A stretch of 64,000 bases of DNA, taken from NCBI GenBank assembly GCA_018883715.1, contig JAHLFP010000006.1:4394-68393 (forward strand), read 5' to 3'. The notes beneath the pieces were generated by a model. That model was not told where the DNA came from, made no database searches, and saw only the letters and a program-made list of their open reading frames with translations. Both the position numbers and the translations under genes were made by a program. Position 1 is the stretch's first letter, and each line of letters begins with the position of its first letter. Shown here in pieces: positions 26,923 to 36,813 of this stretch. The stretch comes from Candidatus Allofournierella pullistercoris. Lineage in GTDB: Bacteria; Bacillota; Clostridia; Oscillospirales; Ruminococcaceae.

Positions 26923-28104
26923 ATGGCCATTGCGGGCATTATTACGGAATATGATCCCTTTCATGCTGGTCACGCCTGGCAGATTGGGCAGGCAAAGCAA
27001 AGGGGAGCCGAGGCGGTTGCAGTCTGCATGAGCAGCGATGTGACCCAGCGTGGCGGCATGGCCTTGCTTCCCCCTTGGGTGCGTGCCAAGGCGGCGGTGC
27101 AGGCAGGGGCGGACCTGGTGCTTGCGTTGCCAAACCCCTGCGTGGTGCAAAGTGCGGAAGGCTTTGCGGCGGCGGGTGTGGCGGCCTTGTCTGCACTGCC
27201 CCAGCTGGACTGGCTGGTTTTTGGGGCAGAAACGCCGGATGTAGATGCTCTGATGGAAGTGGCTCAGATGCTGGATACACCGGAATTTTCCCGTCTTCTT
27301 GCGGAGGAACTGGCCCAGGGACACTCCTTTGCCAAGGCACGGAGCAATGCGGCGGCACGGCTGAACCCGGTGGCGGGTCAGGTGCTGGCAAGCCCCAACA
27401 ATAATTTGGGGGTGGAGTATTGTAAGGCTATCCTGAAAAGCTGCAGTCACCTTGTTCCTCGCCCCCTTGCCCGCAAGGGGGCGGCCCATGGTCAGCTTAC
27501 ACCCGGCGAAGAAGGCTTTGCCAGCGCCACCTTTGTGCGCAAAACCTGGGCAGAGCAGGGGGTGCATGCGGTGGGAGAGTATCTGCCGCCCCATGCCTTT
27601 GCCCTTTACCAGCAGGCACACCAGCAGGGACTGGACCCGGACTCGGTGCGGTGGCAGGTGGCAATTTTAAGCAGACTGCGGCAGAAAAGTGTAGCTCAAC
27701 TGGCACAGGTACGGGACACCGCTGAGGGACTGGAACATCGCCTTGCGGCGGCGGTGCGGCAGTCCGGCAGTCTGGAAGAGTTGTATACCCAGATGAAAAC
27801 AAAGCGGTATGCCCATGCTCGCATCCGCCGGTATGTGCTGTGTGCGGCACTGGATTACCACAAGGACACACCGGGCCAACCGGCCTATCTTCAGGTGCTG
27901 GCGGCAACCCAAAAGGGCTTACAGCTGTTGCGGGGTAGCAAGCTTGCGGCGGATACCTCTCTTGCACGGCTGGCACGCACCAGCGCGCAGGCGGCCCAGC
28001 AGGTGCAGGCCCATGAACAGGCGTCGGATTTGACGGCACTCTGCCGGCGCACACCGGGACCAATGGGACAGTGCTATACCACGGCACCGTATCTTGTACG
28101 GTAA
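26923..28104 (+). CDS. tmcAL: tRNA(Met) cytidine acetate ligase (YlbM/TmcAL)
   Basis: GIITEYDPFHAGH, QRG, GADLV, PNNNLGVEY, KTKRYAHARIRR. Confidence 0.9.
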   Translation: MAIAGIITEYDPFHAGHAWQIGQAKQRGAEAVAVCMSSDVTQRGGMALLPPWVRAKAAVQAGADLVLALPNPCVVQSAEGFAAAGVAALSALPQLDWLVFGAETPDVDALMEVAQMLDTPEFSRLLAEELAQGHSFAKARSNAAARLNPVAGQVLASPNNNLGVEYCKAILKSCSHLVPRPLARKGAAHGQLTPGEEGFASATFVRKTWAEQGVHAVGEYLPPHAFALYQQAHQQGLDPDSVRWQVAILSRLRQKSVAQLAQVRDTAEGLEHRLAAAVRQSGSLEELYTQMKTKRYAHARIRRYVLCAALDYHKDTPGQPAYLQVLAATQKGLQLLRGSKLAADTSLARLARTSAQAAQQVQAHEQASDLTALCRRTPGPMGQCYTTAPYLVR

Positions 28105-28139
28105 GGACAATCAAATTATGAGGAAATGGGGAGACAATC

Positions 28140-28892
28140 ATGGCACAGCTTCACACAAAAGACCCAGGCATTGGATTGCAGATTGAAAGCAGTGAAGCCC
28201 GGCGGGTGGCCACCTTGCTGGGCATGGCGGCTGGTTTTCTGGAAGCGTATACCTATCTGGAACGTGGCGGTGTTTTTGCCAATGCCCAGACTGGAAATAT
28301 GGCATTGCTGGGTGTTTACCTGATTCAAGGCCACTGGAGGGAAGTAATTAACTATCTGGTGCCCTTGCTGGCCTTTGTGCTGGGCATCTTTCTCACCCGG
28401 TTGTTGCGGTACATCAGCGAACATCGAGCCGCCAACCTGCTCCACTGGCGGCAGTGGGTGCTGGGCTTGGAGCTGGTATTTTTGTGGTCGGTGGGCTTTA
28501 TCCCGGTGGGAGAAGGCTGGAATCGGCTGGCGACGTTGTGGGTTTCCTTTGTCTGCGCCCTACAGCTGGAAGCCTTCCGCAAGGTGCACGGCCAGACCTT
28601 TGCCACCACCATGTGTACCGGAAACCTGCGTAGCGGGGTGGAGCTTGTCTGCCTGTTCTGGAAAACCGGAAACTGGGAGCACCTGAACGGCGCCATGAAT
28701 TATTTTTCGGTGATTGGCTCTTTTGTGCTGGGTGCGGCGGTGAGTGGCATTGTCTGCCCTCTCCTCAGCGAGCGTGCCGTCTGGGTGGCCTGTCTGCCCC
28801 TTTCCATTGCCTTTGGCTGGCTGTTCATCGGTGCGGTGGACAGCAGTGAAGTTTACACCACAGGCAAGCATTCTTACAGCAGTAAGACCTGA
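28140..28892 (+). CDS. YoaK/DUF1275 family membrane protein
   Basis: GFLEAYTYL..GGVFANAQTGN, ATTMCTGNLRS. Confidence 0.92.
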   Translation: MAQLHTKDPGIGLQIESSEARRVATLLGMAAGFLEAYTYLERGGVFANAQTGNMALLGVYLIQGHWREVINYLVPLLAFVLGIFLTRLLRYISEHRAANLLHWRQWVLGLELVFLWSVGFIPVGEGWNRLATLWVSFVCALQLEAFRKVHGQTFATTMCTGNLRSGVELVCLFWKTGNWEHLNGAMNYFSVIGSFVLGAAVSGIVCPLLSERAVWVACLPLSIAFGWLFIGAVDSSEVYTTGKHSYSSKT

Positions 28893-28901
28893 AATAGCAT
28901 A

Positions 28902-28940
28902 CAGAAAACCCCCTGCCTTCCATGGAGGCAGGGGGTTTTT
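28902..28940. terminator. Bidirectional terminator
   Basis: aaaaccccctgcctt...gaggcagggggttttt. Confidence 0.9.
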
Positions 28941-28944
28941 GTCT

Positions 28945-29268
28945 TTAAGAGGGAGGGAAAAAGACGGTTTCCTCTCCGTTGGCAGCTTTTGGTTGCTGCT
29001 GGGGTTTCTCCGGGGCAGAGGGAATAGGTTTGGCTACGCTGTCCTCTGGCAGGGGGCGTTCCTCCACCGGATAGATGGTGTGTCGCTGGGGAAGCAGACT
29101 GCGGAAAAACAGCAGCCAAATCATCGCAAGCAACAAAAAGAGAGAGCCCTCGGTGATGTGGTTGATGAGCGGGGTGAAAAAAGTGCCCTGCTCAAACACC
29201 CAAAAGGCCAGCCCCAGAATAGTGGTCAGTAATAAAGTGACCAAAAGAGATTGAAAAGATTCTTTCAT
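28945..29268 (-). CDS. Hypothetical two-TM membrane protein with a Pro-rich tail
   Basis: Fills the gap between upp and the terminator; two hydrophobic segments; SD weak. Confidence 0.6.
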   Translation of the reverse strand: MKESFQSLLVTLLLTTILGLAFWVFEQGTFFTPLINHITEGSLFLLLAMIWLLFFRSLLPQRHTIYPVEERPLPEDSVAKPIPSAPEKPQQQPKAANGEETVFFPPS

Positions 29269-29295
29269 AACGATCCGTTTTAAAGGGGATGCAGT

Positions 29296-29928
29296 TTATT
29301 TTGTGCCGAAAATACGGTCGCCTGCATCGCCAAGGCCGGGGATGATGTAACCATGCTCGTTCAGCTTTTCATCCAGAGCGGCCACATAGATGTCCACGTC
29401 GGGATGGCTGTCGTGCAGACGCTTCAAGCCTTCGGGAGCGGCGATGATTGCCAGGAATTTGATGCTCTTGGCGCCACGCTTTTTAATCTGGGTGATGGCG
29501 TCCACAGCACTGCCGCCGGTGGCCAGCATGGGGTCCAGAACCAGCACGTCACGCTCGGCAATGTCGCTGGGCAGCTTGCAGTAGTACTCAACGGGTTCCA
29601 GGGTTTCCTCATTGCGGTACAGGCCGATGTGACCCACCTTTGCGGCGGGCAGAAGGCTCAGCATACCGTCAACCATGCCCAGACCTGCACGCAGGATGGG
29701 AACCAAAGCCAGCTTACGACCGCTGAGAACACGGGTTTTTGCCATGGCAACCGGGGTTTCAATCTCCACTTCTTCGGTGGGCAGGTCACGGGTCGCTTCA
29801 TAGCACAGCAGCATGGCAAGCTCGCTTACCAGCTCCTTAAATTCCTTGGTGCCGGTGTTTTTGTCACGCAGGTGGCTTACCTTATGCTGTACCAGAGGAT
29901 GATCCAGAATCATGGGATTTTTACTCAT
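29296..29928 (-). CDS. upp: Uracil phosphoribosyltransferase
   Basis: [38 protein letters not shown]. Confidence 0.98.
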   Translation of the reverse strand: MSKNPMILDHPLVQHKVSHLRDKNTGTKEFKELVSELAMLLCYEATRDLPTEEVEIETPVAMAKTRVLSGRKLALVPILRAGLGMVDGMLSLLPAAKVGHIGLYRNEETLEPVEYYCKLPSDIAERDVLVLDPMLATGGSAVDAITQIKKRGAKSIKFLAIIAAPEGLKRLHDSHPDVDIYVAALDEKLNEHGYIIPGLGDAGDRIFGTK

Positions 29929-29980
29929 ACGAAATGCTCCTTTGTTGATTGGGATTGAATAAACCGTGTAAGAAAAAGGG

Positions 29981-30427
29981 TTAGTGCTGCTCCAGTGCCA
30001 TCATCTTTTCAATGCGGCGCTGGTGCCGTCCGCCCTCAAAGGGGGTATCCAGGAATAAGTCCACCAGACAAGCGGCAAGGCCAGGGCCTACCACCCGTCC
30101 GCCCAGGCAGAGGGCGTTGGCGTCGTTGTGACGGCGGGTGTACTCGGCGCTGAATGCGTCACTGCAACAGCAGGCACGGATGCCGTCAATCTTGTTGGCG
30201 CTCATGCTGATGCCCACGCCAGTGCCGCAGAACAGCAGGGCGCAACGGCAGTCACCGGCCACCACTGCATCGCAGGCGGCCTTTGCCATGTCGGGATAGT
30301 CACAGCTTGCGCCGTCCAGGGTTCCAAAGTCCTGATAGGCAATGCCACGTTCATCCAGATGGGCTTTGATGCTTTCTTTCAGTTCATAGCCGCCATGGTC
30401 GGCAGCCAGAGCTACGGGTTTTGTCAT
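29981..30427 (-). CDS. rpiB: Ribose-5-phosphate isomerase B
   Basis: [33 protein letters not shown]; start MTKPV at 30427. Confidence 0.95.
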   Translation of the reverse strand: MTKPVALAADHGGYELKESIKAHLDERGIAYQDFGTLDGASCDYPDMAKAACDAVVAGDCRCALLFCGTGVGISMSANKIDGIRACCCSDAFSAEYTRRHNDANALCLGGRVVGPGLAACLVDLFLDTPFEGGRHQRRIEKMMALEQH

Positions 30428-31128
30428 GTTGCGGGTTCTCCTTCCAGACGAGCCTTGCGCTCCCGCTCTGCCTGGCTCAGCCGCAGGTAGTTGGGCATAA
30501 GCTGGGCAGGGGGGACACAAAGTCCCTTTGCATAAGATTCCTTTGCCGCCAGACACACACCACTGGCCGGGCAGCATTGTTGTACAGGGGTACAAGGCCG
30601 CACCCCTGCAATCGAGTCGTATCTATTATAGCATAGTCCAGCCCCATCACCAACAAAAAACAGTGGTTTTTTGCAATTTTCCACAAATTCATCCAGACAG
30701 TCCAAACTGCTGGCCTCATCTGAGGTAAGGCGGGTGGGCACAGCCCCGGCGGAAAAACCGGCCCAGTACACCTGCCCACGTCGTGCATCCAGTGCGCTGA
30801 CCACCGTGCCCTCTGCGGGCAGACCAAAGGCCAGTGCTTCCAGAGTGGAAACCGGAGCGCAGACAGCGTTACTTCCAAAGCTCAGTCCCTTTACAAGGGC
30901 AATGCCGATGCGCAGTCCGGTGAAACTGCCCGGGCCACTGCACACTCCCCAAACATCCACCTGCTGAGGGGTCAAATGGCACTGGGTCAGTGCCTGATGT
31001 ACCAGTTCCAGCAAGGTTTCACTGTGGGTAAGCCCGGTGTTCAGGGTGCATTCATAAAGCAGGGTGTTATCCTCCATGATGGCCACACTGGCACTGCGTC
31101 CACTGGTGTCCAGTCCCATATAAATCAT
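30424..31128 (-). CDS. tsaB: t6A biosynthesis protein TsaB
   Basis: LDTS, THSETL, GPGSFTGLRIG, DARRGQVY, PNYLRLSQAERE. Confidence 0.96.
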   Translation of the reverse strand: MIYMGLDTSGRSASVAIMEDNTLLYECTLNTGLTHSETLLELVHQALTQCHLTPQQVDVWGVCSGPGSFTGLRIGIALVKGLSFGSNAVCAPVSTLEALAFGLPAEGTVVSALDARRGQVYWAGFSAGAVPTRLTSDEASSLDCLDEFVENCKKPLFFVGDGAGLCYNRYDSIAGVRPCTPVQQCCPASGVCLAAKESYAKGLCVPPAQLMPNYLRLSQAERERKARLEGEPAT

Positions 31129-31550
31129 AGCGTGACCCCCTCGATGGTAATCTGTCGGCTGGTTTCATCCAGATGCTCAATTTTCACATACACTGGATGT
31201 TCCTGGGCTAGTAAATCGGCGAAATTTTCGCTCCATTCCGCCGCCACAATGGCACCTTGATCCAGATAATCGTAAAAACCGCAGGCATCCAGGTCCTCCT
31301 GGCTGGTAATCCGGTACAAATCAAAATGAGCCAGCGGTTTTGGCCCTCGGTAATAATTCACAATGGCAAAGGTGGGGCTGCTCACCGGGTCGGTACAGCC
31401 AAGACCTTCTGCCAGCCCCTCGGTAAAGGCTGTTTTTCCGGCACCCAGTCCCCCGGCAAAGCAGACAAGGCTTCCGGGTTGCAGATGGCGGGCAAGGCGG
31501 CGACCCAGCTCCACCGTTTCCTCCCTGCTGTGGGTTTGCAGTACGGTCAT
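31125..31550 (-). CDS. tsaE: t6A biosynthesis ATPase TsaE
   Basis: GGLGAGKT, VSSPTF, HFDLYR, EWSE. Confidence 0.96.
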   Translation of the reverse strand: MTVLQTHSREETVELGRRLARHLQPGSLVCFAGGLGAGKTAFTEGLAEGLGCTDPVSSPTFAIVNYYRGPKPLAHFDLYRITSQEDLDACGFYDYLDQGAIVAAEWSENFADLLAQEHPVYVKIEHLDETSRQITIEGVTL

Positions 31551-31752
31551 GGTATCAAAGCTCCTTTCAGGAATGGGGAAAACAGGGCAGTACCCTCGTT
31601 TTACATAACAAATGATTATCTTTTAGTATACTGATTCTGTAAAAAAACTGCAACTGCAAGCGGCAACAAAAGCGGTGTTGCAAGCAAGGGGGCGGTGGGC
31701 TATAATGAAACAGTGTCGCTTTGTTTTTGGGCGGCAAAAAGGAGTGAATTCC

Positions 31753-32937
31753 ATGAAGATGATACGGCGATATTTCAAGGCCACCGACTGGGTTTACCTT
31801 TTAATGTGCCTTTGCTGTTCGGTGCTCAGTGTGATTACCCTCATGAGCATTGGGTATGGACAGGGTGGCCTGGAGGTGGATTCCTTCACCGGAGAGGTGG
31901 TAAGCCTTGGGGAATACCGGGATGCCGCCATGCAGGCCGGGGTAAGCCTTGTGGGGCTGATTGCGGCCATGGTGCTGTCCTGTGTGGATTATCGAAGTTT
32001 GGCAAAGATGTGGCCGATACACACGGTTTTAACCTGGGGTTTGGTGCTTCTTACTCTGACCCATTTGACCATCGGCCCTGTCACCTTGGGCTATGCCCCC
32101 TTAAATACCGATAACTACAGCTGGATTCGACTGGGGCCATTGAGCCTCCAGCCCACCGAGCTTGCAAAAATCAGTTTTATCCTCACCTTTTCCATGCACC
32201 TTGACAATGTGCGGGAGCAGATTAACCGTCCCGCCATCCTGGCAAGGCTGCTGTTGCACATTTTAATTCCGGTGGGAATTATCCATGTGCAGGGAGACGA
32301 TGGAACTGCCATTGTGTTTGGTACCATTGGCTGTATGATGCTGTTTGCCGCAGGGCTGTCCTGGAAATACATTATGGGCGCTGTGGCGCTGGGCGGTGCC
32401 GGGTTTGCGGCGATTCTGAATTTCTTCCCGGATAAGCTGAAAGGCTACCAGGTGGACCGGATTCTTGCCCTCTTCAATCCCGATGACCCCCAGTGGAAAA
32501 ATATCATGCAACAGCAAAAGGGCGGACGTGTGTCCATTGGCGCAGGCCAGATTTTTGGCCGGGGCTTTTTCAACGATAACTTGTCCTATGTAATCAATGC
32601 CCAGGACGACTTTATCTTCAGCTACATTGCCCAGTGCCTGGGTTTTGTGGGCTGTGCTGTGGTGCTGGGGCTGTTGTTTGGTGTTGGAATACGCACCCTT
32701 GTGGTGGGACTGCGAAGCGAGGACCGGATTGGCACCTATATCTGTGTGGGTGTATTTGCCGCCATTGCTTGGCAGATTATCATTAACCTGGGCATGAATC
32801 TGATGCTTTTGCCGGTTATCGGCGTTACACTGCCCTTTATCTCGGCAGGCGGAAGCAGTGCCTTGATGATGTACCTTTGTGTGGGACTTGTAACCAGCGT
32901 GTATATGCACAATAAAAAACGACTATTCAGTCAATAA
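31753..32937 (+). CDS. rodA: SEDS family peptidoglycan polymerase (RodA/FtsW)
   Basis: SWIRLGPLSLQPTELAK, DFIFS, GVTLPFISAGGSS; ATG 31753 after GGAG. Confidence 0.88.
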   Translation: MKMIRRYFKATDWVYLLMCLCCSVLSVITLMSIGYGQGGLEVDSFTGEVVSLGEYRDAAMQAGVSLVGLIAAMVLSCVDYRSLAKMWPIHTVLTWGLVLLTLTHLTIGPVTLGYAPLNTDNYSWIRLGPLSLQPTELAKISFILTFSMHLDNVREQINRPAILARLLLHILIPVGIIHVQGDDGTAIVFGTIGCMMLFAAGLSWKYIMGAVALGGAGFAAILNFFPDKLKGYQVDRILALFNPDDPQWKNIMQQQKGGRVSIGAGQIFGRGFFNDNLSYVINAQDDFIFSYIAQCLGFVGCAVVLGLLFGVGIRTLVVGLRSEDRIGTYICVGVFAAIAWQIIINLGMNLMLLPVIGVTLPFISAGGSSALMMYLCVGLVTSVYMHNKKRLFSQ

Positions 32938-32977
32938 AAAAACCGCACCCTGCCTGATGGCGGCGGTGCGGTTTTTT
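32936..32977. terminator. Bidirectional terminator
   Basis: aaaaaaaccgcacc...ggtgcggttttttt. Confidence 0.88.
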
Positions 32978-32978
32978 C

Positions 32979-33200
32979 TTAGTGGGAATCCATGCCGGTG
33001 CCCTGCTCCATGCCTGTGAACAGGCTGGGGATTGCCCCCAGAGCGGAAAGACCTACCAGGGTAAAGATAATACGGCTCATGGCACTTGCGGTGCCACCGA
33101 ACAGCCAACCCACAAGGTCAAAGCTGAACAGGCCAACCAAACCCCAGTTGATGCCTCCCACGATAAGCAGTACGATGCAGATTTTGTAGAATAGCGTCAT
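32979..33200 (-). CDS. DUF378 (YuzA-like) small membrane protein
   Basis: LLIVGGINWGLVGLFSFDLVGWLFG...SRIIFTLVGLSAL; SD AGGAGG. Confidence 0.92.
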   Translation of the reverse strand: MTLFYKICIVLLIVGGINWGLVGLFSFDLVGWLFGGTASAMSRIIFTLVGLSALGAIPSLFTGMEQGTGMDSH

Positions 33201-33224
33201 AGCTGACTCCTCCTTTTCTGGGGT

Positions 33225-33254
33225 TAGTCTACCCATGCCGCAAGGAGTTTATAC
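33225..33254 (-). promoter_or_regulatory. Putative forespore sigF/sigG-type promoter of the DUF378 gene
   Basis: GTATA-15 bp-GGGTAGACTA is close to GYWTA-N15-GGnnAnAnT. Confidence 0.55.
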
Positions 33255-33289
33255 AAAAATTCCCCGGCAAAAAGCCGAGGAAGGAAACC

Positions 33290-34660
33290 TTAGTTTTTCA
33301 GCGCCTGCAAGGGGGCGGGAATCCGTCCACCCCGGTGAATAAAGGTGCTGGGGCTGTTCTGGTTGATGGGCATAATGGGGGCATAGCCCAAAAGGCCACC
33401 AAAATCCAGCTCTTCACCAGCCTTTCGGCCTATGGCGGGAATCACACGCACGGCGGTGGTTTTGCTGTTCACCATGCCGATGGCAGCTTCGTCCGCAATC
33501 AGGGCACTCAGGGTTTCCGCAGTGGTGTCACCGGGGACGACCACCATGTCAATGCCCACACTGCACACGGCAGTCATGGCTTCCAGCTTTTCCAGAGTCA
33601 GACTGCCGCAACGTGCCGCCTGAATCATGCCGTCGTCCTCGCTGACCGGGATAAAAGCACCGGACAGGCCGCCCACATGGTTGGAGGCCATAACGCCGCC
33701 CTTTTTCACAGCATCGTTCAGCAAAGCCAGTGCGGCGGTGGTACCACAGCAGCCACAGTGCTCCAACCCCATCTCTTCCAGAATATTGGCTACACTGTCG
33801 CCTACGGCGGGGGTGGGAGCAAGGCTCAGGTCCACAATACCAAAGGGCATTCCCAGCTCTTCGGCGGCCAGTGTACCCACCAATTGCCCCATCCGGGTGA
33901 TTTTAAAGGCAGTGCGCTTAATCAGCTCTGCCACCTGGTCCAGCGGGGCATCTTTGGGCAGTTTTGCCAGGGCGGCACGCACTGCACCCGGGCCGGATAC
34001 GCCCACATGAATTACGCAATCCGGCTCGCCTGTGCCGTGGAATGCACCTGCCATAAAGGGGTTGTCCTCCGGCGCATTGCAGAACACCACCAGCTTGGCA
34101 GCACCCATGCACTGGTTGTGGGCGGTTTTTTCCGCAGACTGGCGGACAATCTGGCCCATCAGCTTGACCGCATCCATGTTAATGCCAGTTTTGGTGGAGC
34201 CGATGTTCACGCTGCTGCACACAATGTCGGTCTGAGCCAGTGCGTCCGGGATGGAGCGAATTAGACGCTCATCCCCGGCGGAAAATCCTTTATGTACAAG
34301 GGCGCCAAAACCGCCAATGAAGTCCACGCCCACCTTCTTTGCCGCCCGGTCCAGTGCCTTGGCATATTCCACCGGGTCTGCATCCGGGGCACAGGCCAGC
34401 AACATGGAGATGGGGGTCACGCTGATGCGTTTGTTGATGATGGGAACGCCGTAATCGCTGGAGATTTTTTCCACCACAGGCACAAGGTTTTGGGCCTTGG
34501 AGACAATCTTGTTGTAAATCTTTTCGCAAGCGGCCTGGGGGTTTGGGTCGGCGCAGTCCAGCAGGCTGATGCCCATGGTCACGGTGCGCACGTCCAGGTG
34601 CTCGTTGTTAATCATCTGGATGGTTTCCAGAATATCGTGGGTGTTAATCATAGCAACCAA
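33290..34660 (-). CDS. UPF0210/DUF711 (PFL-like fold) protein
   Basis: [51 protein letters not shown]. Confidence 0.93.
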   Translation of the reverse strand: MVAMINTHDILETIQMINNEHLDVRTVTMGISLLDCADPNPQAACEKIYNKIVSKAQNLVPVVEKISSDYGVPIINKRISVTPISMLLACAPDADPVEYAKALDRAAKKVGVDFIGGFGALVHKGFSAGDERLIRSIPDALAQTDIVCSSVNIGSTKTGINMDAVKLMGQIVRQSAEKTAHNQCMGAAKLVVFCNAPEDNPFMAGAFHGTGEPDCVIHVGVSGPGAVRAALAKLPKDAPLDQVAELIKRTAFKITRMGQLVGTLAAEELGMPFGIVDLSLAPTPAVGDSVANILEEMGLEHCGCCGTTAALALLNDAVKKGGVMASNHVGGLSGAFIPVSEDDGMIQAARCGSLTLEKLEAMTAVCSVGIDMVVVPGDTTAETLSALIADEAAIGMVNSKTTAVRVIPAIGRKAGEELDFGGLLGYAPIMPINQNSPSTFIHRGGRIPAPLQALKN

Positions 34661-34677
34661 TGCCTTCCTTTCTGTGC

Positions 34678-34947
34678 TTAGATGCGATGCATGGCATCAA
34701 AGACTTCCTGACGGGTCAGGTGGATTTCCATGCCCATACTTTGGGCCAGTTCATCCAGCTGAAGGCGAACCTGGGCGGTGTCCTGGGTGCACCGGGACAT
34801 ATCCACCAGCATAATCATGCAAAACATCTCCTGCAAAATGCTCTGGGTCACATCCTGAATGTTGATGTTTAGCTGGGCACATACCCCGCTGATTTTTGCC
34901 ACAACACCAACGGTATCACGGCCTACTACGGTAATAACAGCTTTCAT
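34678..34947 (-). CDS. ACT-domain protein (UPF0237)
   Basis: [13 protein letters not shown]...NIQDVTQ...FDAMHRI; usual partner of UPF0210. Confidence 0.93.
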   Translation of the reverse strand: MKAVITVVGRDTVGVVAKISGVCAQLNINIQDVTQSILQEMFCMIMLVDMSRCTQDTAQVRLQLDELAQSMGMEIHLTRQEVFDAMHRI

Positions 34948-35137
34948 AAAAAGACCTCCCTGTAACAAGGCAGTGTATGCCCAAAAGATAGATGTTGGCT
35001 CTATTATAACAGATTTTGCGGGATTTGGTTTACTTTAGCAGGATTTTTTTTTATAATGAAACACAACGAGCAGGCACACTGGCTCACAGGTTTGCTGATT
35101 CCTGCTTTTTATGAATTTTGGAAGGATGGGATGCAAA

Positions 35138-35617
35138 ATGGAACAACTACTCAAGGTGCTGGAGCGCAACGCGCGGCTGTCGCTTGAGGATTTGGCGGCG
35201 ATGACAGGTCAGAGTGTCCAGCAGGTGGCAAAAGCTCTGGACGAGTACCAGCAAGAGGGTGTAATCCGGGGATACCATGCGCTGATTGACTGGGAAAAGG
35301 TGTGCAGTGACCGGGTGCAGGCCTTCATTGAACTGCGGGTTCGCCCCAAAAAGAGCCACGGCTTTGACGAGATTGCAACCGCCATCAGCCAGTTCCCAGA
35401 GGTGGAAAGTGTTACCCTCATGAGCGGCGGCTATGACCTGCAACTGGTGATTACCGGACACAGCTTCCAGGAAATTGCCCTGTTTGTGGCAAAGCGATTG
35501 TCCCCCATGGACGACGTGCTGTCCACCGCCACCCATTTTGTCCTGCGTACTTATAAAAAGGATGGTGTCATTTACGGCGGGGAAGAAAAGGACGAAAGGG
35601 AGTGGGCTACGCTGTGA
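35138..35617 (+). CDS. Lrp/AsnC family transcriptional regulator
   Basis: LERNARLS, GVIRGY, LMSGGYDL, STATHFVL. Confidence 0.92.
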   Translation: MEQLLKVLERNARLSLEDLAAMTGQSVQQVAKALDEYQQEGVIRGYHALIDWEKVCSDRVQAFIELRVRPKKSHGFDEIATAISQFPEVESVTLMSGGYDLQLVITGHSFQEIALFVAKRLSPMDDVLSTATHFVLRTYKKDGVIYGGEEKDEREWATL

Positions 35618-36789
35618 TGGACTATTCCAAGCTGATTTCCCCCGCCGCACAGGCCATGCGCCCCTCTGGTATCCGTAAGTTTTTTGATTTGGCGGCAGAG
35701 ATGAAGGACTGCATCAGTCTGGGTGTGGGTGAGCCGGATTTTAAGACCCCCTGGCGCATTCGGGATGCGGCCATCAAAAGCCTACAAGCCGGGCGAACCA
35801 CCTACACCGCCAATGCGGGCATGAAGGAACTGCGCATCGAGATTGCAAATTACATGAAGCGTCGCTTTGGACTGGAATACGATGCCCTGGGTGAAGTTTT
35901 GGTTACGGTGGGCGGCAGTGAGGCCATCGACCTGTGCATCCGCAGCTTGGTGGCGCCGGGGGATGAGGTGATTATCCCTGAACCCTGCTTTGTCTGCTAT
36001 CAGCCCATCACCACGCTGACCGGCGGCGTGCCCGTCCCCGTTGCCTTGCGGGCAGAGGATGAATTTCGCCTTACCCCGGAGGCACTGAAAGCGGCCATTA
36101 CCCCCCGGACAAAGCTGTTGATTCTGCCCTTTCCCTCCAACCCCACCGGGGCAGTGATGGAGCGGGAGGATTTGGAAGCCATTGCGGAGGTCCTGCGGGA
36201 TACCAACATCATTGTACTGTCCGACGAGATTTACGCCGAGCTGAACTATGGTGCAAACCGCCATGTGAGCATTGCCAGCCTGCCCGGCATGTGGGAGCGA
36301 ACCGTGGTGGTGAACGGATTTTCCAAGGCATTTGCCATGACCGGATGGCGGATGGGCTATGCTTGCGGTCCAAAACCGCTGATTCAAGTCATGACCAAAT
36401 TGCATCAGAACTGTATCATGTGTGCCCCCACCATCAGCCAGTATGCCGCCATTGTGGCCATGCGGGAATGCGATGAGGAAATCGAGGAGATGCGCCAGGA
36501 GTACGATATGCGTCGGCGGTTTCTGGTGCGCAGGCTCAACGAGATGGGATTGCACTGCTTTGAGCCAAAGGGAGCATTTTATGTGTTCCCCAGCATCCAA
36601 AGCACCGGCATGACCAGCGAGGAGTTCTGTGAAAAACTGCTGTATGCAAAACAGGTGGCAGTGGTTCCCGGAACGGCCTTCGGAGATTGCGGTGAGGGCT
36701 TTGTGCGCATCAGCTATGCCTATTCCGTCAAGCATCTGGAGCAGGCGCTGGAGCGGATTGGAGCCTTTTTGAAGGAGTGCCAGTCCTAA
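35617..36789 (+). CDS. Class I/II PLP-dependent aminotransferase
   Basis: SLGVGEPDF, PSNPTG, SDEIY, GFSKAFAMTGWRMG. Confidence 0.95.
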   Translation: MDYSKLISPAAQAMRPSGIRKFFDLAAEMKDCISLGVGEPDFKTPWRIRDAAIKSLQAGRTTYTANAGMKELRIEIANYMKRRFGLEYDALGEVLVTVGGSEAIDLCIRSLVAPGDEVIIPEPCFVCYQPITTLTGGVPVPVALRAEDEFRLTPEALKAAITPRTKLLILPFPSNPTGAVMEREDLEAIAEVLRDTNIIVLSDEIYAELNYGANRHVSIASLPGMWERTVVVNGFSKAFAMTGWRMGYACGPKPLIQVMTKLHQNCIMCAPTISQYAAIVAMRECDEEIEEMRQEYDMRRRFLVRRLNEMGLHCFEPKGAFYVFPSIQSTGMTSEEFCEKLLYAKQVAVVPGTAFGDCGEGFVRISYAYSVKHLEQALERIGAFLKECQS

Positions 36790-36813
36790 GCAATATAATT
36801 CAAGGAGAAAACA

